Shown: one piece after another, positions 1 to 13,967 of the stretch
Layout: every line of letters begins with the position of its first letter
Position numbering within the stretch: position 1 is the stretch's first letter
Origin: the human T2T-CHM13v2.0 reference genome, Homo sapiens
NCBI RefSeq assembly: GCF_009914755.1
Contig: NC_060931.1
Strand: one strand, 5' to 3'
Length of the DNA: 64,000 nt
The notes under the pieces: model-generated
What the model saw: only the letters and a program-made list of their open reading frames with translations
Told to the model about the DNA's origin: nothing
Databases searched by the model: none
Translations under genes and position numbers: made by a program

Positions 1-541
1 TAAACATCATAGATGTTGACGTCTGCCCTCTCTGTTTCCAGCAGAATCACACTATCTTGGATTAAATATTATTAATTCTCATAATATATCTGATAGAAGG
101 CTGGGAGTATGAGGCAAAATACCAATTCTTTGCCACAAGATAAAAATAGAATGGTATTAAGATTCTGGTTGAACCTGGTTCAATGAAACCTACTCAGGTC
201 TGATAACAGTATGTAAACACATGCTTGTGAATTAGAAAATACCTGAGAGAAAATATATCTAATTCTCTAATGAATTAATACTGCTTTTGTGGAGAGGAAG
301 AAAAGGACACGAAGAAACCTTATAATTTAAAATCTAGGTTAGTATTTTAAATATTAGGCATGGTAAATATTTTGCTTTGAACTGAAACTTGAAAAAACAC
401 AGCTATTGTTGAAGACTTTCTTAATAATATTATATTAATTTAATATAGAAAAGGAATAGAAACGTTAAATCTCAAGAGAAACAGGTGGAGTAAAGATGCA
501 CATAATTACTTACTATTGTATAAAAAGAATAGTCTTACCTC

Positions 542-665
542 TCATTCTATTCATATTTACTTTAAAATTATTTCCTGCCTATTATGTGCCAGGCTGTCTG
601 TTTGTGCTGAAGAGGTAACTGTGAAGAAGACAGGTGAGGTTTCTGATCTTTTGAAGTATATGGTT
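542..665 (-). mobile_element. L2 3'-end fragment
   Basis: CCTATTATGTGCCAGGC...GTGAAGAAGACAGG resembles the antisense L2 3' terminus. Confidence 0.55.
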
Positions 666-3114
666 GATAAATGTATCCTTTTATGTTTTAACATTAAAAT
701 CTCCTGAATTTTAGTGTAAGAGCTTTGCATCTCAGAGATATTCTATGGTTCATATATTAATTCTGACCTAGTTTGACATTGTGAGGAATTCAACTTTCTT
801 GAGGAATGTTGATAATAGGGACATGACCAATATGATTGTGTGATTTGAATCAATATCAGGACTCATAACCCATTCATATTAGCTACATCCTTTTAATTGG
901 TTTAATAATTGTGAAAGAAATACTTAAATGCTTAGTGATTATAAAAATGTGAACTAATTCAGGAGGATATGCAATACATGTGTGCAGTTCATTTCTCTTT
1001 ACCCAGTTGCATTTTCTTCTCCAGGGATCTTTCATGAAATCATGAGTAGTTCTAGCTTGATCTTTTATAATCACTGTATGGTATTCCAATATAGAAATAT
1101 AGCCTGATATATTTAAACATGTATTATTTAAAATTCTACAATATTATAGGCAATTCTATAATATTGTGAATGATATTACGGTGATCATCCTTGTATGTAT
1201 ATCTTTGCACACAAATGCTCAGAGTTTTAGTTGGCTATATTAAGTGGGATACTGAGTGACAGTCAGTAGATTTAAAATTATGATGGATGGTAGTACCCGC
1301 TAAAATACCCTCAAACTTTTAGACTAAGCAACAACATGAATACTAATTTTCTTACAACTGAAGAAAACACTTATTATTGCATGCTTTTAGCTTTTGAGAT
1401 TCAAATGAGTAGTGAATAATTTATTAATTTGTGTTTCCCTTATTATCGATATGGCCCACAAGTGAGAAGGGAAATAAAATAAATTAATTCTGCTCAATGG
1501 AGAATCAGGTTGCAATGAATTTCATTCATGCTGATCCCTTAATGGGGAAGAGCAAGTGCTATGAAAGCTCCTCACTGGTGAGAGAGACAAATTCATAGGC
1601 ATTACTTCTTAACAGTGCAAAATCCTACCACCTGCAATTAATTATAATTTGAACCTTGTATAGATTTATGTATATTTCTCACTTATTTTTGTTGTGATAT
1701 TCTATTAGACAGAAACTCCAGGGCAATAAAAAACTAATCTTGCTCATGAATTTAAGGGAGTGTGATTAATTTTGCTTGCTGTGGTTCTCAGGTAGACAAC
1801 CTACATTAAACTTTGAATGTTTGTTTCCGTTCCAAATTTTCTAATTATTTTTTAACTTCAAATTGTTGTTATATTTTATTATTAAGTAGCTTTCAGCATC
1901 TATGAATAAATCTTATTATTCTTACCTTTATTAATACTTGAAATTACATTACTTCATTGTTAAAATCTTCTGAAGTAAATTCAGGATCATTTTTAATAAA
2001 CTGTAATCTTTGATTTACTTCTATTAAGCTTTGTTTTACTTCAAATTTTATAAAGTAGATTAGTTTACAGGATTTTTTTCAGGTTGTTTTTTGGCTTATA
2101 GTTTTCTTAGTTTGAATCATGTTTATAACTAAGTTTGTATACTGAGTTATGCAATTTTATACATTTTTATGCATTTATCTATATTAAACAAGTTAATGAC
2201 CTAGGAATTTTTAGCTCTTGATGGTTTTCACAGAATGTCTCTGTGTAATGAATTGGGTTGGGTTATGTCAGGAGGTGTAGCACAGATTTGAATTCTTTAC
2301 ATTTTCTTATTTTTGGGGAGAGATGAAGTGGAGAAGAATTAAATCCAGGAAAGATTTCAGAAACCTTGGGGCCTTTGTGTGATGATACAGAAGTGTCTTG
2401 GAATAGCTGGAATCACACCATGCTGAGCCTTCTTGCTGACCTCATGGCCTCCTCTCCTGTTTCTGATAATTATTTTTCTCCCTTGTTTGAAGAAAGACAC
2501 TGTCACTGTCTTGTCAGAGCAGTTTACCTTTCAAGAGGAAGTTAATTTTCCTCATGTCCTTTCTCCATCACTCCTCATTATCTCCACGGCTATAATTAGA
2601 ATCCAATTCCAGTATGTGTGGGAGACCAATTATGAAGTCAAACATGTAGGGAGAAGGCTTACCAAAGGATGTCAGGATTTTGCTCATTTCAGGGGATGGG
2701 GTACAGGGGAGAAATGGAGAACACAGGGAAAATGTGCCCTGGGATGTTTTATCATGTAGGGAGGAAGGTGAATTTAGATTTGATTTAATGTATTGACATT
2801 AATTCACTTATCAGAATTTTTGGAGGAATTTAATTTATAATTCTATGATGTCTTTTGCCTGATTAATGAAAGCTAGACTAACATTTTTTGAACGATGGTG
2901 ATTTGTGAACACATCCTTGATATAAGTTAGAGAAGGATGTATTGGACTTAAAAATAATTCAGAAATCTCTAGATTGGTGACACTAATGAAAGATTTTTTA
3001 GTTAAAATGGGCTCTGAATTTAAGTAGAGATGACAAGATCCTAAGGTAGTATAGTTAAATAGCAGTTTAACACCGCGAGAGAGTGCTGCATCTTTCTACC
3101 CAGAACAAGAGCTT

Positions 3115-3151
3115 TTTGTTGGTTGGTTTTTTTTTTGTTGTTGTTGTTGTT

Positions 3152-3204
<53 letters not shown>

Positions 3205-3492
3205 AGAAAGACTTGCTCTGTTTCCTAGGCTGAACTAGGCTGGATTACAGTGACGTGATCATGGCTCACTACAGCCCTGAACTTCCAGGCTCAAGTGATT
3301 CTCTGACCTCAGCCTCTAGAGTAGCTGGGACTACAGGTGTGTGCCACCATGCCTGGTTATTTTTTTTTTCTTAATTTTTGGTAGAGACAGGGTCTCACTA
3401 TGTTACCCAGGCTGGTCTGGAACTCTTGGGTTCAAGGGCTTCGCCCACCTCAGCCTCCCAAAGTGCTGGGGCATGAGTCCTGGTGCACGGCC
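3115..3492 (-). mobile_element. AluJ-type SINE with long T-rich tail
   Basis: Antisense Alu body 3204-3492 with J-type features (GATCATGGCTCACTACAGCC, GGGTCTCACTATGTT); tail has (GTT)n plus T50 (3154-3203); degraded TSD CAAGAGCT on both sides. Confidence 0.92.
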
Positions 3493-3705
3493 AAGCAAGA
3501 GCTCTTGAGGAAGGACTCTACATTAACTTCCCAGCTGTAGCTTAAAATCTTCCTCCTGATTTTCTGTAAAAGAATCTGGCTTTATCAGAGTAACTACTAA
3601 CTGAAAAAAGGACAATGACCAATCATTTTGGTGACATTAGTTCTAAAAAATTATTATTTTCTTAGAATCCACTTCAGTCATTTTATGGACGGAAAACCTA
3701 TAGAC

Positions 3706-3801
3706 CAGAGCTGTCTGACAGAATTTCAGTGCAAGTCACATATGTAATTTTAATCCTAGTATACACATTAAAATATACAAAAGAAACAGATAAATTAATT
3801 T
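3706..3801 (+). mobile_element. MER33-like hAT-Charlie DNA transposon fragment
   Basis: CAGAGCTGTC...CACATATGTAATTTTAA...AAAAGAAACAGATAAATTAATTT matches the recalled MER33 5' half. Confidence 0.7.
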
Positions 3802-3809
3802 CTACCCCA

Positions 3810-5720
3810 GGGTGGGTGGAAAACCTTGGTAGGGGAATCACAACACTGGCTTCCTGGCATTCAGAGCAAAGACAAGTTCTCTGTTTGCCTCCGGGAAATA
3901 ACTGTTGATCTTGACAGATGGTACCTGACAATGGCACACATAGGAGACCGTTAAACCTGACATATCCATTAAGAGCTGGACATTATGTAACCAATCTAGC
4001 CACAAAATTGGTTTGATTCTTCCAAGAGTTAGTGAAAGTTGTATATGTGCCACTGAACATATCCTAAAATCACATGTACGTTTCATGCGTAGATAGTTTA
4101 TAATCCCAAAATACCATCTTGCTACCTTGTCATATATTCCTTTTTCATGGTTTTATGTGATGCTTCCTATTACTAGTTGACTAAGAAGGAAATAATTCTG
4201 AGTTTGGTTTGCACAATATGCTGATACCATTTAAAAATGAAACCCTGCAATCTCAGACCATGTGACACCTAAGAACTGTAGAAAAAGGAATCCTCTTAAT
4301 AGATCTTATACTAGAGAATCTTATCTACCTTGGTACAGACAAGAGATGGGCTGAGCTAATGGTATATATTAATTCATGGTCTATTTAATAGAAGAGATAG
4401 CCTATTTATTTGGAGAATTGCTAAAATGAGGTTTTGGTAATATATATGCATACAAACCTCTGGGATAAATTCAGAAAATGTGTCCTCTGTTGTTAGTCAT
4501 TTATATAGAAGAAGCTTTTATTACCAGGTGAGTAAGATGACCTGCTCTATGGATCATCAAATTTATATCTGATCAAGGAACTTTATGGAACAGGAAAAAG
4601 GGCAATGAACAAATAGTGTTCTTAAAAGTATCTCATCTTACAGAAACAGTGGGCCCCACAGAACAATGAGGGTACCTCCTCATGACACTCTTATAATGAC
4701 AAAATGGGGAGAACCCCTGGAGCTTTTACAAGCAGTAGCTGCTCTGCAGAAGGCAGTGTATTTTCTAAGCTACTCATTAATATCCAGTACTATTTCCTAC
4801 AAAGCTAAGCCACCTAGGACTGAAAAGTCAAGAGGTAAAATTGAGTGTCGTCCTCTCACTATTATTTCTAAACGGCTTTTACTTTCTAGTTCCACACTCC
4901 TCGGGATTGATGGTTAGAAATGGTATTATCCAAGGAATGAATGCTTCTAATAGATGACCCAATTTTCCGTCTTTGGATTGAAGGTTGTAATTGTTTCCCA
5001 AGTATTTTAAGGTCCAAATGATGTGGACAAAGAAAGGGGTCAGCGATCTTGCTGGGTTATTAATTGTGACTTTAGTGGAGAAAGATAAAGTAACACAGTA
5101 GGGGCAGGGAGGAGTAAGATTGGAACTGAGAAGATGTCTTATGTCCAGAAGTTACATATAAGACAACTGTAAACCTGTATAGGTAGGACTAATACGAGCT
5201 CATATTTCTCAGAAAAAAATATTACCATCCCATCTGGAAGAGAATTTCCAATTTCTGTGGTGCTAGCTTAAAGCATACCAAAAATAAAATGGAAAGCAAT
5301 TATAAATTTTAAATATCAGCTATAGTCTTGCCACTAGCTGCTCCCAAAAAGTGATATACTATCTATTAGTATTTTATTCTTCTCTGTAACATGAATATAG
5401 ATATGTTTTAAAGTTAACTTTCATTTTCTTTATTTTTCTTTCCCAGTATTATTGCATATAGAATTTGTTTGTGGAGATTAATTATAAATTTTGGTCTACA
5501 AATAGCTGATTATCGAGGCAGAATTACAAAAGAAGCAAAAGGAAAAAAAGACATCATTTAAATATTCTTAACTTGCAGCTGATAATTAAAAGATAAAAAC
5601 TTGAATTGTCTTTTTGAGGAGAAAATAGGAGTGTGTTTGGGGCTACATTATACAGAGTTGCACTAAGTTAATTAGGAGATTTTGACTTTTTTATTACTGA
5701 AGAAGGGTGTATGCGGATAC
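3810..5720 (+). mobile_element. ERVL-class internal relic (decayed pol RNaseH/integrase and dUTPase region)
   Basis: Colinear matches to the recalled HERVL-type internal consensus: ATCTAGCCACAAAATTGG, TATATTAATTCATGG, AAGATGACCTGCTCTATGGA, TCTGATCAAGGAACT (integrase SDQG), CTGCAGAAGGCAGTGTAT; no intact ORF. Confidence 0.7.
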
Positions 5721-5939
5721 TAGAACAATATCTAGAATATAATAGTTTTTCAAAAATATTTGTTGAATATAAATAAATGGTGAGCTGCCAGTGAGATTGA
5801 TTGTGACGTAATTTTAATTTGGAAAAGATTTTGGTTTATTAGCGTCTAAATCTCCTTCCTCTTTGAGAATACTTGCCCATTTTGTATGAGTCTTGGTGAC
5901 AGGTTGGGCATGCCCCTAATGAAACTTTCATTTTGATAT

Positions 5940-6665
<726 letters not shown>

Positions 6666-6969
6666 CAACAAAGATATCCTTGACAAAAGTTGTATTAGGC
6701 TTCCAGGTTGTTTGCTGTATTGTATATTAAGACAATTTTTAAAAATTACTCTGCTTAAAAAAAAACACAACAAAATACTTTATTCATGGTAGATAGTAAT
6801 TTTTTAATGATTTTTTTTCCTCTGGAGATCAAAGGATAGTTAGTCAGATTGCCTTATCTGAATGTTTTTAAATAAAATCCATGGATTGACATGATATTTT
6901 TAGGAATCAATGAGTATTTGATAAGGTAGACCATAAACAGCATCTTCTTTGGACAAACTTCAGGAACTC

Positions 6970-7283
6970 TTTTTTTTTTAATTTTTGTAATTTCAACTTT
7001 TATTTTAGATTCAGTGGGTACATGTGTGTGCCAGTTTGTTACACGGGTATATCGTGTGATGCTGAGGTTTGGGGTGTGATTGATCTCATTACCTAAGTAG
7101 TGAGGATAGTCCCCAACAGTTAGTTTTTCAAACGTTTCCCTTCTTCTTCCCTGCCCCTTTTAGTAGTCCTCAGTGTCTATTGTTGCCATCTTTATGTGAA
7201 TGAGTATCCAATATTTAGCTCCCACTTATAAGTGAAAACGTGCAGTATTTTGGTTTTCTGTTGCTGTGTTAATTCATCTAGGA
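6970..7283 (-). mobile_element. L1PA15/16-type 3' end
   Basis: Poly-T then TTTTATTTTAGATTCAG...GATGCTGAGGTTTGGGG...AGCTCCCACTTATAAGTGA, the antisense L1PA 3'UTR. Confidence 0.85.
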
Positions 7284-9599
7284 GACACTCTTTTTTCTTA
7301 AAACTTTCCTGAAGCTAAGAGAGCTGGCCCTGTCTTAGTTTTTCCCTTCTAGTGTAAGCACACATTCATTGCTTTCTTTAAAAAAAAAAAAAAATCTTCT
7401 CTGCCTTATTCTGTCCACCTGAACCATCTTTCCAAGCTGCCCATTTACTCCAACGACTTTAGAATGATTCCTCCCAAATTTCTCCTCCGAGTCTTACATT
7501 TTCATCTGGTTTTTAAGCATATCCCTTATCTGCTTTTAAGACACTTCCATTAATGTCTTTTTAAAACTTCAACTGAAAAGCACTACTTAATTTATTTATT
7601 AATTCAGTAAAAATTTACCAGGTGTTTACTGTTAGACTTCTTACAAGGAGGTTAGAAAATAAAAGTATATCATTGAAGAACACGTATTAAAGTAGTTAAA
7701 GTGAGATACGCGTTGCAACTGGAAAATACAGTAGTATATCAAAAATGGATTTCTCAACTTATTTTCTTATCTTTTTAATGTCATTGACACCACCATTCAA
7801 CCCTATTAAAACTGAATTTGTATGAGAGTCTCTTTGCTTTTTATTCTACTTTATACTCAATTGTTACTGAATCCTTTCAATTCTTCCTTTTTAATGGCTT
7901 AAATTTCTCTGTTTTTCTATAAACATTTAAAAATTTTGCTATAACATAAAAATATTTCATTTGTATTATGTTGTTAAATTAACACCTACTTAATATAAAA
8001 ATTTTCAGCAGTCACTGGTATGAAAAGGGAAATTTGTCTCTAACACTCAATCTGTGAGTCACTGTTAATTATTTTATTTTTCTAGTTAATTGTAAGTTTA
8101 ATGAAATCTATTTATTTATATATACATGAAAATCTGCTATACCTATTGTTTCTATTTGCTTCTTTAACCCAAAAATTTGTGTATAGTAGATATGTGAATA
8201 CATATAAATATATTTTATTCTGTTTAAAAGTTATAGTTTTTTATTATATTTAAATAAAATATATTTAGCCCATCTCTGATTGATATTTCCAATATTGCAA
8301 AGTTACAAACAATCAACATCCTTTTCTTTACATTTTTGTATATTTGATTTTGATTCTATAGGATAGTTTCTAGAAATAGAACAGAAGATCAAAAAATTAC
8401 ATATTGAAAATGTTGAGTATCTTGCCTATTATAATTCAAAATGTTGTGAGGTTTATTTTCTTACAAAGCATGCATAACATTCCATATTTTCCACTGTCCT
8501 ATCCATCACTACATACTATAATCTTTGAACTCTTTCCCATCTTGAGAAAAAGATGAACTATTATTGCTTTAATTTACAGTTTAGTTGATCATTAGTAGGC
8601 TGAGTTTCTTTTCATGTGTTTTACGAGCAAATACAAGTCCTTCTGTGAACCCAATGATGTAAACTTGATTAAGCAGTAACTGGGTACTACATGTGCAAAT
8701 TTAGAAATCATAAAGCTAAGAATCTACACTAATTCTCTAAAGCAGCTATCCTCTGGCAAGATTGAAGGGGTTATATATCAAAATTACCTTAGTTTTCCAC
8801 ATATGCTATGCCAGACTTTTTCATCCTCCTAGTGTCTTCTCTGCAGCCCAAGCTACCCCATATTCATTAAAACAGCAGCTAAGCATTAGGGGTAATACCG
8901 TACCCATATATCATATTTCCTCTTTGTATAATAAGAAGATGCCTTTCCCCTTAGTTTTATTAAGAGATTGGTGATTTTATGAAAATCTGTTATCTGCTTT
9001 GTGTTTTCTGTCCAAAGTTCACTAATACCTTTGGACCATCGCCTGACCATCACCAATCAAAGCACATCCCAAATCCTTCCTTGATTCTCTTTCTCTGCTT
9101 TACCCTCACTCCTTTCCCTTCTCCTTGGTTTTATCTGCTTTTTTTCTTGTCTTTTCTGTGAAACTCCCCTAGATTGGTCCAGTCTATAAGCATTTCTCCC
9201 TCTATATTTTTATAGAACATTTGGTTTCACCTGCTGCCTTGGGACATTTTTCATCTTATTATATTGAATGGTATTTTTTCCTATATTATTAGGGATCTTT
9301 AGAATGTTTAATGCTGGACTCCTAGATATTTTGTATTTTTTCAAAAGCAGATTGTCTATTATGTTTCATAAAACACTGTCACATCCTCAACAACCATAAC
9401 TAACCCTTTAATGAGAATAGAATTATAATTCTCAACCTTTCTTTAAAAATCTATTGCTATCTGCTCACTTGAACAGCTTGTTCCATCTATTTACCACTTA
9501 GCTCAATATTTGTAGTTTTTGCCACAGTAGTATTTTCCTCTCATTCTTTTCTACTGGGATTGAATTAGGACTTCATGTTACAGAGAGATGCATAGAAGC

Positions 9600-9945
9600 A
9601 TGATTAATTAATATACTTCATCTCCTCGGCCAGGATAAAAGCCGTTTGCATATAAACCAGTGGTTCCTGATACTATTGTCTTCTCTGAATTCTTCTGAAA
9701 GAGATACTGAGAGATATTCATAGGACCTGAAAATAAGAGGTTAGAAAGATGTGTGTCTTGTCGCTGGCTTACGTTCTCACCTTATGGAGATAGCTTCGCT
9801 GAGAGATGGAGTGGTGGAGACTGATGATAACATTTGAGCCCTAGATCTCGCACCTTATTTATATGAAGCAATAAATTTCTTTGTTTATAAAGTAACTTTA
9901 AGTGTGTTTCATCCACTTAGATTTATCAAAATTCTGCCAATACAT
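9600..9945 (+). mobile_element. Old MLT1-type (MaLR) LTR fragment
   Basis: TTTGAGCCCTAGATC...AAGCAATAAATTTCTTTGTTT resembles an MLT1 3' half. Confidence 0.45.
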
Positions 9946-10049
9946 CTTCTGTCTTTCATATGTCTTAAACAACATTTTCTCTAGTGGTTTGTGTATTTCC
10001 AAAGCATATGCTTATTTGTGAGCACCTCTCACTATAAAACAAACAATCA

Positions 10050-12340
10050 AAAGCTCACTCTGGACTACGCTGTCCTCTCTTTCCTCCCCTCTCCTTTAAA
10101 GCTTCTTGAAAACATGTTGAGAGCTCACTGTGCACTCTCAGTGCGGATGGAGATTCCCCATCCGCAGTAATGCTGACTTCGCTTCTGTCTCTTCCGCTAC
10201 TTTGAAAGTGCTATCGCTGAAATCGCTAATGCTTTCACATGGATGAATCCATTAATTATTTTTCTGCATTATTTATTGTTTCTGCTACATTTGGTATTGC
10301 ATATTCTCTCATTCACACACCCAGCTTTCCTCTTACCTCCTCTGATACTGTTTTATTCTGGTTTTATTTCAGATCTTTTACTGGTTTATCTTACTCTCCT
10401 GGATTTGTCTACCTAACATTTTGACATTTTCAAAGATTTGTTCAGAAATCTTTAAATATTTTTACTCTATATATTTGCCTTATTTAGACCCATAACTTTA
10501 ATATATATTTACCTGTTAAATATTTGCAAACTGAGGATTCTAGTTTCCAGTAATAGTGGGCTAGATGATTCAGATTAGCTAGTGTATTCCACTGAAAGCC
10601 TATAAAAGTGCCCAAAATAATAAAAATTGCCTTTCTTAAATAATCAAAGTCTTGAAGACATTATAGTCAAAGTCCTGAGGATCATAATTCTCACAGAAGA
10701 TTTGAGGCAAAAACAAAACAGGAGTTCAAAAAGGTAAGCAGAGCACAAAAACTGTTATTCTATTAAGAACATTAAACATTTATGCAATGTCTTTATCCAG
10801 AATAGGATGTATAAACCAAGACAAAGGGTCCATATAAGATGGGAATCTAATAGAGACATCCCCCACTAACACCTGGGAACTCACAGGGTTGAACCAGAAA
10901 TAAATCAGCACTATGTGGACTGGCAGCTGCAGTTTGCCTTGTCTGGGTAGGTCATGGAATCTCAAGTCAGAATTTGAGACCCCAGCACACTCACTCATGT
11001 ATTTCACAGAAATACATATAAAACCTCTCTGAAGATATTTTCTTTATCCTAGACCTTACATTATTCCTATATATAATTTTTCAAATACACTGAGCTGCAC
11101 AGTGTCAAAGATCACTGTCAAACAAGCACACAATCAATCAAAGCTTCATGAGTGAGACCCTATAGAAACAAGACAGCAGAATAGGTCCACTAGGTTTTCA
11201 GATATCAGTGCCATCAGGTATAGATTATAAAACAATTATGCTTGATGCGTTAAAAAATAAAATACACATTCAAAGTTATCTGCAGGAAAATGAAAACTAT
11301 AAAGATGACAAGTTATATTTGGAAAAGAAATAAAACACCTATCAATTAAAGATGCAATAATAACCAAAATTAAATACTTGCTGGACAGGTTTAATGGCAG
11401 ATTGAATGGGTGATTTGATCGTTAAAACCTTGACCAGAAGAAATTACCCAGAATATAGTACCAAATGCTTGCAAATGTGTACCTCTAATCCAGGCCAATA
11501 TGTCCAATTGCTTTTCTAAGTGCACCCACTTGGGTGACCCCAAAGTATTTCAAATCACTACACCCAAAATTGAACTCATTCCTTTTAAAGTCTCCACATC
11601 TGATCCTTTACTCTCCAGATCTAATCCTTCCAATTTATTCCCTCTCTTGGTGTTTTGGACCAGTAATCTGGGCTGTATCCTTGTTATTTCCACTTCACTC
11701 AGCCCCAACATCCAATCATTCATCAGAACCTGTATAGTCTCAAGCACTGTGATCTCCTGTGCCTGTCCTCTGCTATCTAGCCCCAATAGTAGCTGAATAA
11801 TCATAAACCACTTGATCTTTTACCTACAGGATTGCAGTGTACTCATCTATTAACACTCTTCTAAAATGCAAATCCAATCGTTCCAATTCCTTGTTTCAAA
11901 TCCTTTAGTGGTTCTAGCAATGCTGGTGAAAACATCTAACCTTTAAGTGACTTATCTAACCCTGCCTGCTTCCTTTACTTCATTCATTGTCACTCCACAC
12001 ATGAATATTTGCTTTGGTCATACCGAATTATTCATATTCCCCAGATGCATCTTACTCTTTTTTGACTTCTAAATGGTTTTTTATTTTCCCTGAAACAGCT
12101 TTCTTCATTCATATTCCTATTTTCTATTAATTGCTTGCCTGATTTGGATGCCCCACCATTGTATGACCACTGTTCTCTGTAATTATTTATCACACTACAT
12201 AGTAATCATTGATTTGTGTGTTCTTCCCTAGATTGGGAGGGAAGATTCTCCATTAAGGAAGATTCTCTCACATTGTATCACTAGCTCCATGCTCAGCACT
12301 TGGCATGTAATAGACACTCAATAAATATTGAATGAATACA
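10050..12340 (+). mobile_element. L2 (ORF remnant to 3' end), interrupted by an L1ME fragment
   Basis: L2 RT-like stretch 10190-10500; resumes ~11465 and ends in the L2 terminus GCACTTGGCATGTAATAGACACTCAATAAATATTGAATGAAT. Confidence 0.7.
10533..11462 (+). mobile_element. L1ME-type 5'UTR/ORF1 fragment
   Basis: A-rich sense L1M ORF1-like sequence (TATAAAACAATTATGCTT, CAGAAGAAATTACCCAGAAT) embedded in the L2. Confidence 0.55.
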
Positions 12341-13431
12341 CATGTTCATTTGTAATAATATACAAGTAATATTATTTTTCTATTTTGCAGGTAGATATTT
12401 GGATCATAGTTCTAGCTGGTCTAACATTTTTATTTTATACTCTTCAGAGTATACAGATTGTACGAAGAACTACTGGAAGAACTCTTCAGAGTGTACAGAT
12501 TGTACGAAGAACATGGTTTATAGCAAAACGTAGAGGATTGTTATTGTTTGAACATACGTGTCTCTCCATATGTGTCTTTCAATTTTTTTTTTCAAGAATA
12601 AAGTGGGAGCAGGCTGGTGTTGATCTTAGTCTCAGTATTCCTGGAGTGAGAGAAGAGGTGCAAGTGGCCCAAAGTCTGGTTGCCGTTTCCAAGGGAACAG
12701 CCTGGGAAGAGGAACAGGTGCAGAGTCAGCAATGCTGTGACTTCATTGTTCCACATAAGGAGGCTGGTTAGCAATGGACAGTTCTAGCTCGTCCTAGATA
12801 AAAACATAAAGCTGCTTGGGCTTAAGCTGACATCTACCTGTGTCAAGAACTGGGACTAAGGCCCCCTAAAAGCACTCAACTAGTTCATTCCTTTCTTCAC
12901 TCCAGGGGTGGTTGGCTTAGCCAAAGCAGCCCAGCTGGTTTGCCAGGCAAGGGCCTCTGGGTGGAGACACCTGAGGAAGCTCTGGGACAGCTACATTACA
13001 GGTCTCCCATCCTCAGTCTTGGGGGCAAGAGGAGTGGAGGCGGCAGCCATTTTGGCCCATGTCTCTCTGGTGGTTCTAGCTCATACACGGCTAATGATTT
13101 ATGAGGCAGTGTTGTGTGGCACTACCTAGCTGTTACTTTCTTGCCTACTCTGCTGAGTAAACAGGGGCCCTGTCTTAGCTGGGTTTGAAGTCTGTTCCCT
13201 AGGGAAGGGCACTGTGTCCCCGAGTCACCAGAGAGGAGGGGCAAGGGCATCTCCTGCTCTTGCAATCCAAGCTTCCTCCCCACAACCATGCCCACACCAC
13301 ATGCTGACATCAGCATGGAGCCTGGGGTGCCTATTAGCAAAGTTGAATTTTCCCCTGAGTCCTAGCAGGAGGCTCCCACCGGCTGGCACAGAGGCTAAGG
13401 CCAGAAAGAAAACACAGAGGGAGATGATCCA

Positions 13432-13756
13432 ATACCAAATGTGACAGTACTGAGAGGTGGGGCCTTTGGGAAGTGATGGTCATGAGTGCTCTGCCCTCAT
13501 GAATGAGATTAGTGCTATGATAAAGAAAGGTTGAAGGGAGTGAGTGCCCTACTCCATTTTGCCCTTCTGCCTTCCACCATGTGAGGATGGAGCAACAAAG
13601 CGTCATCTTGGAAGAAGAGCATGGGTGAGCCTTCGCCAGATGCCAAACCAGCCAGTGCCTCCATAGTGGACTTCCCAGTCTCCAGACCAGGAGAAAGAAA
13701 TTTCTATTCTTTATAAAGAAGGTATTTTATGATAGCAGCAGGAACAGACTGAGACA
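13432..13756 (+). mobile_element. MST/MLT1A-type MaLR LTR (5'-truncated)
   Basis: GAGGTGGGGCCTTTGGGAAGTGAT...GCCCTCATGAATGAGATTAGTGC...TAGCAGCAGGAACAGACTGAGACA. Confidence 0.85.
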
Positions 13757-13967
13757 AGGAGGAAAATTCTCAAGGAAAGATTCAGCATTAAAGTATGAGT
13801 ATGATCTTTCATCTCATTACCCCTGCAATATGCATTTTTGGACCCAGAAATGCTAGATACGTTCTAAGTTTCAGAAGAGAATCTGTCACTTATCAGCTTT
13901 TCATATTTATAGAATTTTAGGGAAAAGGAAGCAAATGCCTAACTCTGCAAAGTGAGAGTTTTCTAGT

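Noticed and set aside
169-183. Palindrome TTGAACC-T-GGTTCAA
   Set aside because: 7-bp arms are expected by chance in a window this size.
12439-12512. Repeat-spacer-repeat resembling a CRISPR array
   Set aside because: Only two copies, a 10-bp spacer, primate DNA and no cas genes.
12385-12771. 128-aa ORF with hydrophobic N-terminus
   Set aside because: Non-ATG start, no recognisable homology, and its internal repeat comes from the 32-bp DNA duplication.
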